Shown here: piece after piece, positions 1 through 13,599 of the stretch
Numbering within the stretch: the first letter of the stretch is position 1
How the letters are laid out: each line of letters starts with the position of its first letter
DNA from: Schmidtea polychroa
Lineage: Eukaryota
Assembly: GCA_044892525.1 (NCBI GenBank)
Contig: JBJFYX010000158.1
Coordinates: forward strand, 1 to 63,791
Length of the DNA stretch: 63,791 nt
Direction of reading: 5' to 3'
The notes under the pieces: model-generated
What the model saw: the letters and a program-made list of their open reading frames with translations, nothing else
The model's database searches: none
Told to the model about the DNA's origin: nothing
Program-made: the position numbers and the translations under genes

Positions 1-789
1 AAATGTGTACTTTTACATCTTTATTTGCACTCATTTACATAACTCCAACCCTCCAATCCATTACCCTGAATTTTAAATTATAAAATAAGAGGGCCAAAAT
101 GAGAAATACATTTAATGAATATTGCAAAAAAATAGAAAAAGTGGAATGACTCGAACCGTATTTCCTATTACCGGCTGATTTGTCAGTTTGTGGCATATAT
201 TAATATTTTCCCCATTAATTATGTTTAAAAATATTAGTTGGTCTGATTCATTATAATTTACTATAAAAGTTCACGTAAAGGTTCAAAGTTGATATTATGA
301 AACATGTAAAAATTATTGTGATGAAATGAATAGTTGGAACTTCCTATTACTGCTCTAAAAATTTGGCATAAATGATTCTTCAGATATTATTTATCTATAT
401 TTTAATATAATCTAGGAATCAAAATAAATAATAATTTAATCATTTCTTTTTAAAACTGTCAACTTAGATGCTAAAAAATCCAGGAAAATTTTATTTAAAT
501 TATAAAATTGCTGTGCAATATTTAAATTTAAAAATTAATTATTTATAGCAAATTATTCACAAATCAAGAGAAAGAAAAGAAATGATAATTAATGAAATTG
601 TTTGAGACAAATAAAATAAATAATTAAAACATACTATCAATTTTAAATCAACAAATATTGATGAAATAAAAACAAAATAATCAAATTAAATTATTAAATA
701 TCAATTTACATATCCATTTACAATGTGTAATGATCGACTTTAATTTTTTGATTTTAATGAATGTTTTGCAATGTTTATTAAAGTTAGAA

Positions 790-1571
790 AGTAGGGTATT
801 GTGTGGACCCGGGAACAAAGACATATGACGTCATCGATGACGCCACAAAGACATATTACGTCATACCCCACCCCCCCCACCACGGGGGGAGGGTTTTTTT
901 TTTTTTTTTTTAATTTTTTTTTTAATTTTTTTTTTAAAAAAATTTTTTTTTTTTTAAAAATTTATATTACGTTGCAGTATTTTTAAATTTATATTACGTT
1001 GCGGTATTTTTAAATTTATATTACGTTGCGGTATTTTAAAATATATATTACGTTGCGGTATTTTAAAATATATATTACGTTGCGGTATTTTAAAATATAT
1101 ATTACGTTGCGGTATTTTAAAATTTATTATATTTTAATTATTAAATATATTACGTTGCGGTATTTTAAAAACTTATTGATAAAAGTTTAATAAAATTATT
1201 ATTACACACACACAATATAGCCTATCCGACAAGATATTCTGTTCCCCTATGGTCATACACACACACAATGTATAAAAATATTATTTACACACACGCAACA
1301 AGTTAGTGTTCTCATTGATATATTATTAATCTATATACTCTGAGTTTATCCGACAAGATATTTTCTCCCTCTATGGGTACTGCTCACAAGGGTACTGCTC
1401 ACACTCAACAAGTCACATGGGTATAGCTAGCAAGGGTACTGGTCACACTCAACAAGTCACATGGGTACTGTTCACAAAGTTACTACTAAAAATAATCAAG
1501 ACAAAACTTTAACAAAGAAATTCTAAATATTATTCTTTAAATATACGCTCAACTCATATAATTAGTGGTGT
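790..1571 (+). repeat. Left terminal inverted repeat (~780 bp)
   Basis: Reverse complement of 7193-7909 block by block: palindrome, C/G tract, T-run, 27-28-bp repeats, gggtactg block and ...attagtggtgt. Confidence 0.9.
960..1166 (+). repeat. ~27-28-bp tandem repeat (tatattacgttgcggtattttaaaa) inside the left TIR
   Basis: About 6-7 visible copies; inverted counterparts at about 7595-7770. Confidence 0.85.
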
Positions 1572-2989
1572 AATTTCCTAACTTTAATGAAGATTCTTAC
1601 CACCTGAGAATAATATTGTTAATTTATCTCGGTGTTATTAAAATTATCTTTCGACTTTACGCTTCTTACCATTTTAGAATAAGATTTTTTATCAAAATTT
1701 GTGTTAATTTGACTGATTCAATTTGATGGAGTTATTGTTAATTCGTTTTATTATATATACTCTGAGTTTATCCGACAAGATATTTTCTCCCTCTATGGGT
1801 ACTGTTCACAATTGGTACTGCTCGTAAGGGTACTGGTCGTAAAGGTACTGTTGTGTTTTAATGATTTTATTTAGGCAAATATTTGGTTATTATTTGGCAT
1901 TAAATTCATTGGTAATTTTTTAGATTTAGCGGGATTTTACTAACATTTTTTGTGAATTTCATGTTAATTGAAAGAATATTTAAGGTTTAGTGTTAATTCT
2001 AAGATAAATTTAATTAATTTCTTGATAATTTGCTATATTTTATTGACTTGTTTTTAAATTTTAAATAAAAATTAATTTTGATGATGACTTTGTAATGATA
2101 ATTTGACTAAATAATTTTTCATATATTTTTCTAAGAATATTTACACATTGATGAACTTTAAAATATTGAAAATATAAAGTTGAAACCAGCTAATTTTTTC
2201 ATGATGATGATATATTTGAAATCTACTTGAAAATTATTGTAAAATATACTGAAATTTAGTTTGAAAGATATATCATGTTGTAATGGCTATAATTAGTTGA
2301 ATCGATGAAGAATTATGATCAATCAATGAGATATTATCATCTCTAGTTCGGTATTTGATGATACATGTGGTTAAATATTTATTTTGATCTTTTAGTGGAC
2401 TCTTTGAATTTAGCTACTAAATTATTTCAATGGAAGAATGTTTTTAACAATTAAATAAAATTCATATTTTGAAGGATTTCCCATGGATTTTAAGAGAATT
2501 GATATATTAAAGTCGGTTGGATTTAGTGAAGGTTCGGTTAAGATGGTAATATATGATTTTTAAGGGGGTTTTTAAAATGCTAGAAATATTTGGTGAGGGA
2601 TCGGTTAAGGTGGACATGTTTTGAAATCTCTATTTAAATTGACAATGTTCTTATTGGTAAAATATCAAATTTTCAAAGGAAATAGTCAGTATTTAGCTAT
2701 GAATTAATAATAATTCCAGTGAACTTATATCGTTTTAGAGGTTTATTAGGTCGTGATGAATGTTATTGCACAGTAATTTAGATTTATGTTTTAGAACAAG
2801 TTTTTATTAATTATCTATTAATTATCCACGGTTTTATTAAGTCGTTTAGGGTTAATGATCAATTAGGTGTTTATTTACTTGGTATTGACAATGAAATATC
2901 TGAAATCTTTAGAATTAATTGAGAATGATATCAAAGGTTATTGCTTTAAATTATTTACCTTTATTTAACATGTTATAGACGGATATTCA

Positions 2990-3540
2990 TTGTGGGGATA
3001 TCGGTGACAAAACTTGAGAAATATTGACTTAAAAGTTGGAAATCGACAACTAAAGAAAATTTAACTTTATTGAAGGAAATTTATGATTTTAATTAGAAAT
3101 TAAATAGGTCGAATATCAGTTAATCTATTGAAGGAATATTGTTATCGGGTGGATAAATGATATTTTGCTAAATTACATTTGCTAAATATTATTTTAAATG
3201 AGTAAAAATAACAAAATTAACCAATATTCATAAATTTATCGCACAAAATATCCATGTTTTGGTTACTCAAACATCTTAAATTTCTCGCAAAGATATATTA
3301 CGTCTAATGATCATCTAATTAAATTAGAAAATAATTGTTACTTTATAATATATATTTCTAACTAATAAGCCCCTTAATTGGATAAATGATAACCATATTT
3401 CTATTATGACTCCTTTAATTATTTTTGCCTCAAACAAATTTACTCCAAATGATAAAGAATTTAAAATTATCAATGAATAAAGACCATGTTTTTCTCATAT
3501 TATTAACTATTGTAACGAACATTAGATGAATAAATTAAAT
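2990..3540 (+). pseudogene. Possible decayed SF3/D5-like helicase fragment
   Basis: Broken-frame hand translation gives HCGDIGDKT (Walker-A-like) and later RYITSND..IFLTNKPLNW..PLIIFASNKF (motif-C-like). Many stops; weak similarity only. Confidence 0.25.
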
Positions 3541-5789
3541 TTTGCTTTAAATGACTACAAAGTTAACCAATAAATTAGTCGCTCGACATAAGTGTAAAGT
3601 TACATTTAAAATATTCACGAATTTCTGATCATCTCACTAAATTACCTAAGAATTTCTAAATGATTAATATAGCCTTGCGACATGTTGAATGTGAGTAGTA
3701 CACCTTTGACCATTACCCATAGGGGGACAGAATATTTTGTCGGATAAACTAGGAGTATATGGTCTTTATTGATATATCAAAATACTGTTATTTATAAATC
3801 AACTAAAAATACTCAAAAATACTATATTATTTTACTGAATGATACCTTAAATGTTTTTAATATACATATTTCTTAAATAAATCAACAGTTCAAACCAACA
3901 ACATGTATGCAAGACCACCCATTGTTAATTTATTTCCAGTGTCACGTCCCTCAAAAATACCGTGAGTGTTTTAACAAAACTGAGCTCAAAGAAACTTTCC
4001 AGATAACAACTCACCTGAATGTTTTGAACAAAAATGAGCGAAATTGAGAACAAACGATTAGATGGCGATTAAATTCTGGCCACAACCCTAACAACATGAA
4101 AATTAAGATTTTAATTATTGAATTCGTTGTTTTCTGCCTGGAAATACTAACAGAATATTTTTTTTTAATTCAAAGATTCTTCATTATAAATATTTGAATT
4201 TAAAAAATTAAATGAAGGATATATAAGTGTACATAAAATTATAATATTATATAAAATTATACTATATAATAATGTTAATGTTTAAATATGCTTAAATAAC
4301 TAAATTGTTTAAATATTTTGAAATAACTAAATTTAAATTATTTAAATTTAAATTATTTAAATATACTTTTGATATAACTTTATTTCTTTCGTTTTAGTAT
4401 CCATAAAGTAAGTAAATAAAGAATTTACTACAATATTTTAATTATTTTACTTAGTAATGAAGAAAATGAATTATATAATTATGAAGAAGATGAACCAGAT
4501 AAAATGGTGAAACACTAAATGACTTATGTTCTGGATTTAGAAATTTCTTATTAAAACATGAATTATAGAAGAAAATGAACCAGACAAAATGGTGAAACAT
4601 TGCTATGTTCTGGATTTCTTAGATGAATTAGCTGATTGTGGGTGTCCTTCAACATGAATTATCAGACTTAAATTATGTAAACTTTCAACGAATGTCAAGA
4701 AAAATGGGAAAAACCGATGTTTTAGCAATTAGATATTGTAAAGTACTACCTGAAGAATATTATTATTAATGTAAGACATGAATTAATTCTTTAAAATATA
4801 TATATATTATATTTAGGTATCTGTGTTTTATGGTGGGAAATGACATTGAAAAAGTATACCACAAATACCAGTTGCCTAATTTATCAAGCCTGTGACGATA
4901 AAATGCTAGATAATGTAAGTTAATTGCTTTTAAATCAATATAAATTTTAGCAATGATAGTTAACGCCGCATCAGAGACTAAGAAATACGTCCAATTTGCA
5001 AGATGTATTCCAAATGGCCCGATGGAGATGATAATTTTGAGATAGATTACCAGCAGAAGAGCGAGAAAAATTTGTAAATTAAATATAATAGGGTTGGGTG
5101 GGTCCTCTTTATCCCTTAATTAATATATATTTACAAGCTGATCGTCGTGGTGGGCGGTTGTAATCCAACTAGTGGGAGGCCTCTGTAAATATATATTTGT
5201 GTTAGTGAAAACATTAATTAATTTGGTTATGGTGCCAATGACGCATGTATTTTGAAATTATACGTTTCGAATGTACTGGTAGTTGACTACCCATGTTAGG
5301 CGTAATGTTCCGTACGGAAAACTATAATGCCCAGGTTCTTTTGACCCCACTTGGGGAAGGCACAGACGACCCTTGTGGACGCGAACAAATATCCACCGTG
5401 TCTTTCAGGCACAGATATTTGGTCACTGCTCATTAGGCCTGGCAATATTAAATGCATAAACTTTGCCTTGTCCTCTCTTGTCTTGATTTTTATAGTTTAA
5501 ATATTATTAAAAATAGTAGGTGTTATAAGTTTTATTTACTAACCCTAATTAATAAACCCTTGTGACATGTTGAGTGTGAGTAGTACCTTTGTGACCATTA
5601 CCCATATGAGCAATACCCATAGGGGGACAGAATATCTTGTCGGATAGGCTAGGAGTATATACACCCATGTTAAACAAGGTATGTGTATATAGAATGTATG
5701 TATAAAATTATCGCTCCATATTGACAACTTCCTGTAAAGGCAAACACAGAATACTGCAAACATATAATAATTCTCTACCCCATAACTTA

Positions 5790-6400
5790 GTGTGTAAAAA
5801 TATTTTAGGTTTTCACTAATATTGATAATAATAATATTGATAATAATAATAATAATGATAATAAGAGTAAAGTTTAATGGGTTGTATATGTGTGTAAAAA
5901 ATATTTGAGGTTTTCACTAATATTGATAATAATAATGGTTTATGAGTGTTTTTATGTTTTTGACTAATATTTGCAATAATAATAATGGTTAATGTGTTGT
6001 GTGTGTGTGTAGAAAATATTTTAGGTTTTCACTAATATTGATAATAATAATTGTTAATGGGTTGTGTGTGTGTAAAAAAAAAAAAATTTTAAGTTTTTGA
6101 CTAGTATTTGCAATAATAATAATATTGATAATAATTGTTAATTGGTTGTGTGTGTGTTTTTATCTTTTTGACTAATATTTGCAATAATAATAATAATAAT
6201 AATAAAAAGTTTAATGAGTTGTATGTGTGTGTAAAAATATTTTAGGTTTTTAATATTGATAATAATAATAATAATATGAACAGTACCCATGTGACTTGGT
6301 GAGTGTGTGTAAAAAGTATTTTAGGTTTTCACTAATAATGATAATAATAATGGTTAATGTGTTGTGTGTGTAAACCATATTTTAGATTTTTCATTAACAA
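5790..6400. repeat. Degenerate ~60-bp minisatellite (tgtgtgtaaaaatattttaggttttcactaatattgataataataatgg)
   Basis: About 8-10 variable copies. The adjacent N gaps are flanked by the same motif. Confidence 0.8.
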
Positions 6401-6418
6401 TAATAATAATAATAATAA

Positions 6419-6486
<68 letters not shown>
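6398..6486. repeat. (AAT)n microsatellite
   Basis: Nearly pure trinucleotide run; a second one lies at about 8160-8224. Confidence 0.95.
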
Positions 6487-6488
<2 letters not shown>

Positions 6489-6806
6489 TCCCGCGCGTGT
6501 TAATACTTTAAAAGAAAATATTGAAAATTTAAAAAATAATAATATTTATGCAAAGCATGTGCAATAATTATGTCTTTGTTAATTAAGTAAACTTTAGTGT
6601 CAAAATAAGTTTTTAAAATATTTTTAAATTTAAAATACCGCAACTTAATATATTTTTGTTCTACCCCTTCATTGATTTAAGTTGGTCAGAATTTAATAAT
6701 AATTATATTATACCCTTTGAGACATGTTGAATGTGAGTAGTACACCTTTGACCATTACCCATATGAGCAATACCCATAGAGGGATAGAATATTTTGTCGG
6801 ATAGAT

Positions 6807-7104
6807 NNNNNNNNNNNNNNNNNNNNNNNNNNNNNNNNNNNNNNNNNNNNNNNNNNNNNNNNNNNNNNNNNNNNNNNNNNNNNNNNNNNNNNNNNNNNNN
6901 NNNNNNNNNNNNNNNNNNNNNNNNNNNNNNNNNNNNNNNNNNGAGTGTAAAAATATTTTATGTTTTTGNNNNNNNNNNNNNNNNNNNNNNNNNNNNNNNN
7001 NNNNNNNNNNNNNNNNNNNNNNNNNNNNNNNNNNNNNNNNNNNNNNNNNNNNNNNNNNNNNNNNNNNNNNNNNNNNNNNNNNNNNNNNNNNNNNNNNNNN
7101 NNNN
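6807..7104. other. Two assembly gaps (N runs 6807-6942 and 6969-7104)
   Basis: N characters; the true element length is uncertain. Confidence 1.
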
Positions 7105-7192
7105 TGTGTGTATAAAAATATTTTATGTTTTTTTTTTTTTTTTTTTTCATTAATAATAATAATAATACTTTGAAATGTATGTTGTAGTGAGC

Positions 7193-7909
7193 ACACCACT
7201 AATTATATGAGTTGAGCGTATATTTAAAGAATAATATTTAGAATTTCTTTGTTAAAGTTTTGTCTTGATTATTTTTAGTAGTAACTTTGTGAACAGTACC
7301 CATGTGACTTGTTGAGTGTGACCAGTACCCTTGCTAGCTATACCCATGTGACTTGTTGAGTGTGAGCAGTACCCTTGTGAGCAGTACCCATAGAGGGAGA
7401 AAATATCTTGTCGGATAAACTCAGAGTATATAGATTAATAATATTTCAATGAGAACACTAACTTGTTGCGTGTGTGTAAATAATATTTTTATACATTGTG
7501 TGTGTGTATGACCATAGGGGAACAGAATATCTTGTCGGATAGGCTATATTGTGTGTGTGTAATAATAATTTTATTAAACTTTTATCAATAAGTTTTTAAA
7601 ATACCGCAACGTAATATATTTAATAATTAAAATATAATAAATTTTAAAATACCGCAACGTAATATATATTTTAAAATACCGCAACGTAATATATATTTTA
7701 AAATACCGCAACGTAATATAAATTTAAAAATACCGCAACGTAATATAAATTTAAAAATACCGCAACGTAATATAAATTTTAAAAAAAATTAAAAAAAAAA
7801 AACCCCCCTCCCCCCGGGGGTGGGGGGGTGGGGTATTACGTAATATGTCTTTGTGACGTCATCGATGACGTCATATGTCTTTGTTCCCGGTTCCACACAA
7901 TACCCTACT
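7193..7909 (-). repeat. Right terminal inverted repeat (~715 bp)
   Basis: Mirror of 790-1571; differs mainly in tandem-repeat copy number. Confidence 0.9.
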
Positions 7910-8158
7910 TTAGAAGTATAAACAGTCAACAGCTGGACTGAGTCGAATGACTGAAGTACCTATGAAAGTAAAGTGACAAGAAACTTTTAAACAACGGTGG
8001 CTGATATTCATTCTAAAAAATTGACAGTTAATGGCTTTTATGAAATTAATTTTCTTGGTTGATTTGAGTTTCTTTAAAATAAAACCTTGTCACTGGGGGT
8101 TTAATTTGCCATGTATCATTGATAATGATGGAATATTTATTATTATTATTATTATTAC

Positions 8159-8211
<53 letters not shown>

Positions 8212-8520
8212 TATAATAATAATAAAGAATTTTCCAAAATATGCTTTTTAATATAAATTTTTATTTTTATTTGCAAATGATTATCATATATATTTTGTAT
8301 TTATTTTCAAGCAATTAATTTAATGCATTTTAAATGATTTTTTTATAAATTGTAAATAACTACTTGAGGGTGTTTATTGTTTAGGTTTCTCTTTATAATT
8401 TCGATAAATTGCAATTTTCTTAAATATATAAAATAAATTCAAATAATTTATAATACACATTCATAAATAGTAAATTTTATTTTTAATATAATTTATTGAA
8501 AAAATAATAAAAATAGTTAC

Positions 8521-9238
8521 TTGAGATTTTTGCCAAGTTTTTTGGTTTCAAAATCACAAAAGGTTATTCTGGGAAAATTTCCTGATTCTGTCCAATATCG
8601 TTGACAGAGTAAATCAAATAAAGTCTTGGCACCAAAACACCAATTATCATTTCCAATGACCTTTTTCATTAAATATATTTGAAACAATACATTGACCAAA
8701 TTGAAAACTTTCATTATCAGATAGCTCAAGCAAAGAATTCTTTTTCCTCTTGATGGGAATTTCATTGATACGAATCTGAAACATTTTCGGCATTTAATAA
8801 ACAAACCGAAAAATTTAATTTTTCTATTTGTGTTAGTCAAATGGTACCAGTGATTTCGGTTTGTTGACAATTTCGTGTGAATGTTTTTCTTTAAAATAAG
8901 ATTATGTAACATTTTGCTCAATTGTGTCAGTGCTTTCTGATCGTTTTCCACACTGTTTATTCCATCATTTAGTAATTTCAAGGTTTTTTGTAAATCGACA
9001 CCTGATCTTGAGCTCAAGTATCGCCAGAGAAAACACGGAAAGGAAAATAGTAAGGATTGTATTCCTAGAATAATTGGAATCCATTGATAATATCTGACTT
9101 CATTTTGGGAGAATTTCTTTACAGTAGATTTAGAGTCAATCGAATAGAAATAAGTGTTTGACACCCAACAATAGTTTTCGGTATATTCTTCCCATCCTTG
9201 AGTAAATTCTTGAGGAATCCAACATTGAATTGGTTTTC
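8521..9238 (-). CDS. inx: Innexin, coding exon 3 (extracellular loop 1 to start of loop 2)
   Basis: Translates (G)KPIQCWIPQEFTQGWEEYTENYCWVSNTY...YYQWIPIILGIQSLLFSFPCFLWR...WTESGNFPRITFCDF, all typical innexin motifs. Acceptor cttag ends at 9239; donor gtaact starts at 8520. The remaining 3' exon(s) are not seen in the window. Confidence 0.93.
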
Positions 9239-9749
9239 CTAAGTGATTTTAATGGGTAAATTTTTAATAAATATGTTATAAATTCTATAATTACGTTTTT
9301 ATTTCATAAATAATATTAATAAAAGAATCAGAAGATGTTATTGGAATAAAATTTGGCACATATATTTAACAATGTAGCTACAGTGAGATGCTTCACTAAA
9401 AATTATTTAAAACCTTTTCAATAAAAGATCTATGTCTCTATATGGTATTTACTTACCTTAATCTGATGTAAGCAGAAAGTGTAAATGTAACGGCCAAAGT
9501 ACAAAATGTCATAATCAACACATTTACCGGTAAATGCATACATTATGTCTACGTCCTTGGAAAATATAGAAATAATTGACAAATGTGTATATTTACTGGA
9601 GCTAGTACACATCATCATAAACAAATATTAAACATTCAAGCCTAAATATTAAATTATATTAAATCCTAAAGTTAACATTTAAAAGTAACATTAAAAAGTT
9701 TATATAATAAGTTATAATTTAGCCATCATACATTTTTGAGTTAAGACAT

Positions 9750-10260
9750 TTTCTTCTTGGTTTTCAAATGTAGTTCTTCCAAATCCTCTTTATATAGAGC
9801 CAAGCAATTTTGAAATTCTCTTTTAAATTTTTCACTTAAGGGTCATTTTGGGTTAATTAGCATTCTAATTATTTAGCCAAATCTAGTACTTTTTTCAAAA
9901 TCATGACTGAAGTTTGAAACGAATTTGTTATTATTGTCTTCCTCAAAATATGCATTGGAAATAGACTCATCAAGTAATTCTGTCAATTCTTCCTCATTTA
10001 AATTCTGTTCCTTAAGTAGATCTTCTATATCTTCAATGTGTATTTTTGCAAATCCGTTGTTGCTAAAAGTAGAAACAATTTATATTATTTATGTTAGTGA
10101 ATCTGAAATATCGATTCCCTTTTGAACCATTTGAGGTAACAAAGTCCTCAAAAATGCATTAAATGTTGACTGTTTAATTTCTGTACGAGCTAATGAAACA
10201 ATTCGGGTGCAATCTAAAATAGAAAATTCTTTCCAAACTTCAAGAAGAGTTTTACCCTCT
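9750..10260 (-). pseudogene. Tigger/pogo transposase C-terminal remnant
   Basis: Hand translation: TLLEVWKEFSILDCTRIVSLARTEIKQSTFNAFLRTLLPQ...IEDIEDLL..EEELTELL...SEKFKREFQNCLALYKE, interrupted by stops. Confidence 0.6.
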
Positions 10261-10449
10261 CAATTTTCTAATCTGTTGAAAATGGTTTCAAAAGATTTTC
10301 GTTTGAAAGTTCGGATGATGATTCTGCCATCGAGTCACTGTTTCGATTTAATTCTTTAATTACTTTTTCGTGTTTTTTAATTCACCTTTTCATTTCGTTC
10401 ACTGATTTATATACATCAAATCTTTTTCCAAATCTTGGTCTCCCACTGC

Positions 10450-10757
10450 ATTGAATATGAGAAATTTTTGAAGTTCTTCTTCATTTAACTCATGTTTCAG
10501 AATTCGTTTTCATAATTTCTCAATTTTTTCGCAGAAATCATCAGCGGAATCATCTCCTTGTCTATAATCTAGTGCTTCAATTAAGTATTCCAGCAGATTC
10601 ATTGGTTTTTTGAAGGATTCTCTCAGTCTATCCATATAATTTTATTTCTCGTTGATTGAATCATATTTACCATCTCGAAATTTTCCGGTGCTTTGATAAA
10701 ATTGGCTATCGTGATCGCCACATTAGATGTTTGATTTCTTGAATTAATTACATCCAT
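10450..10757 (-). pseudogene. Decayed retrotransposon gag-like fragment
   Basis: LLEYLIEALDYRQGDDSADDFCEKIEKL resembles the capsid Q...F...L motif; frameshifted and contains stops. Confidence 0.4.
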
Positions 10758-11164
10758 ATTTTAAAAAACAAAACAGAACTATATTTTTAAAAACAACACA
10801 AAATCTTTCTTATTTAAACAATATCTGTTTTTAGCTTTGAGGATATTTTTGCAAGCATGAGTTAATAATTGAATAGGGAATATTCGTACACAAGCATTCA
10901 ATAAATATTTTATATTTTAATTTTCAATCATTCTTAAATATATTTAATTTATTATTTTAATTTATAATTTTATTATCTACCTTTATTATATTTTTTAAAT
11001 CTATTTAAATCTGGAAATTAAATACTAATTCTATTTAATTACTTTCACACTCTCTAAATGCCTACTATGAACAGACAAAAATTTTAATTCAAAACATCGA
11101 ATAAGTGTTGTCATAAATAAATCTTTTACGTCATTTGAGTTTTTTGAAAGCCCTTGTTCGAAAA

Positions 11165-11273
11165 ACGCGTTATAAGGAGATTGCGTCGCGTTATAGGAGA
11201 ACAGCCCCAATTTTCACTGCATGTTATATGGAAATCACGTTATAAAAATTTCGTGTTATAGGAGAGTTGACTG
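11165..11273 (-). mobile_element. Possible Tc1/pogo-type terminal repeat fragment
   Basis: Minus strand reads CAGTCAACTCTCCTATAACACG with repeated cgcgttataggag motifs. No partner TIR found. Confidence 0.3.
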
Positions 11274-12142
11274 TGCTATATATTTTCACTACAATGAAGC
11301 ATAATTCAAATTTCTCAAAAAATACGTAAATAAAATTACAAATTTTAAACAAAAGCATTTTCAATATTCAAAACGAAAAACATGAAACTAGAATCTTCAA
11401 AAATGTCATTTCTTGAAATTTCTATTGATAAATAAAAAATTTAATAAAAATTTTTAAAAATTTTTAATTTACAAATTTATTTAAAATTTTATCCCAAACA
11501 TTATAGTATAATCATTATACTATAATGTTTCGGGTAAAATTTTAAATAATGATTATACAGTGGAGAATTAAACATGCAAATTAATGAGATATTTTTAACA
11601 GAGATTATCTCATTTATAAAACATGACCTTGAAAGAACAGATATACAAATTTTCCTATTTGATATTTTTTTTTCGTTATTGCTTGAAATTATGTCAAATT
11701 CACATTGTTAATTGCAGCTAATAGTAATCATTTTTGATAGACATATATCTAAAGAAAAGATCAAAACAGAAATAATGCATGAAATTCGAGAAATACTAGT
11801 AAAACGCATCTTTTAGTTTGAGATAACGACGAACTTCTTTTAGACATTTACTGCCAAATTTTAAAAGCTTAGAAAATGTAATTTATTCTGATATTAATGC
11901 CATATTGCACTTGGTTTTTCAATATCCATCTTTCATTTCATGTACAAAATAAATTTATGTGGACAGAAGTTCAGTTTCAGAACCTTTTACCTTGCAAATA
12001 ATCAAAGAAAATATATGTACAAAGAAAATTTGATGTTAGCCGAAAATACATATATTTTACGATTGTTTTAATATTAATAAACAATTGAAAGAAAATATAT
12101 TTAAAAAGTATATATAGTGATAATTTCTTGTTAGCAGCATAA

Positions 12143-12341
12143 ATTAAATGTTCAACAATTAAATGATAATATAAACCTTTTGCTGCGAAATATATTCAAT
12201 TAACTGAAAAAATTTCGAATACAAAAATAATCCCTTTTTATATTTTTTTACTATTTTTGTAGTCGAAATTTTTTTTATTTTATTGAATATATACTTCGCA
12301 ACAAAAGGCTTATATTATCATTTTATTGTTTAACATTTAAT
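12143..12341. mobile_element. MITE-like fold-back (~88-bp imperfect arms, 20-bp loop)
   Basis: 12143-12230 is an imperfect reverse complement of 12251-12341. Confidence 0.7.
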
Positions 12342-13599
12342 AATAATATTAAACACTAAAATAAATATACTAATTATAATTCCTATATAATAATAAAAAT
12401 AAAAACCTCATTGCAGCTAAACAACGATGTAAGAAACAAAAATATATTATATATGACTTTACAACACTACAATTTTATTAATTTATGCCTTGAATTTCAG
12501 TTATACTTTTTTGCAATATAAAATGAAATCAAACAAATTATTTTAATTATTTATTTTTTTATATTTATCTTTATAGGCTCTCTTTTTATCAGTCACATAT
12601 AATAATTTTAAAGCTATGAAATTGAATAAATTTTTTACTATATTTATTTTATTTTCATTAATCCGATTGGCAACTTAATTTCTTTAATGTAAAAAAATAT
12701 TTCATTTATAAACTATTTTTCCGATCATGTACCTGATTTTGTTGTATTCTTCTTTAGGTATAGTTTATATTCTTTTTATTTTCAAGCCCTTATTATCATA
12801 TAATGCTTTACCAAATGTCCAAAGCTAGTTTCATCATAAAATACAGTAAAAGTCCTTTAAGACGAATTTTATATGTCATGAATTTCCTTAATTATGAACA
12901 TTTTGTAATTTAGACAATTTTTTTATCGAGACTATTTTTATTAATTTGTTGTAATATTTTTTATTATTTTATTCCTATTTGACAAATATTTTACAAATTT
13001 ATTTAAGTTTACCGAAATAAGCTAATACTATGTTACAATTTGATGAAAAATGTATTTATTTATTTGTTGCAATTCGCATCATTATATTATTACTTTGTTT
13101 CAATATTTTGAATAATCTTGTTGCAATTTAATTAAATATTTTTTACAAAACGTTTTCAAATAGCCATAGTGATGGTCACTATTTTGAGACCTATATCGTT
13201 TCAAATGAACAATATTAAAAAGTCAATAATATATATAATAATTTTTGATGGTCATTTAAAAAACAAGTACTCTGTTTAATATATTATTTTAATTAAACAA
13301 AAAGAATTATATTTTAAACAACTTTTTTTCAAATTTCACCACTGATTTCTTTTCCATCGACATATTATGTCAATTAAATGATAAGTCATTTGCTGAAAAT
13401 AATATATTTAATTTGTATGAAATTAAAAATTGCTTAAATCCCTCATTAATATTTATCATGTTTCTCGCCAGTATTCCTACTGAAAATACAGTTTTCTAGA
13501 GAGCATATTCGAAAAATCATTTATTACACCAGAAAGAGAGGACTGTCAACTGACAAAATTCATAAACAATCAACTGCATCCTCAGTGAAAGCACGAATT

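Larger units (their letters stand above)
790..7909. mobile_element. Polinton/Maverick-like non-autonomous TIR element (no intact ORF)
   Basis: Begins AGTAGGGTATTGTGTGG (790) and ends CCACACAATACCCTACT (7909). Identical 6-bp direct repeat TTAGAA at 784-789 and 7910-7915. AG...CT termini, long TIRs and a 6-bp TSD are established Polinton hallmarks. The interior is decayed and contains two N gaps. Confidence 0.7.

Noticed and set aside
6364-6567. Poly-Ile/Asn ORFs (also 8031-8276 and 801-986)
   Set aside because: Translations of (AAT)n or T-run low-complexity DNA.
6708-7199. ORFs spanning N runs (also 63414-63668)
   Set aside because: Artefacts of assembly gaps.
9430-9624. ORF with a gtaagt donor as the upstream innexin exon
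   Set aside because: No innexin motifs and the splice phase does not fit exon 3; the exon at 59917-60147 fits both.
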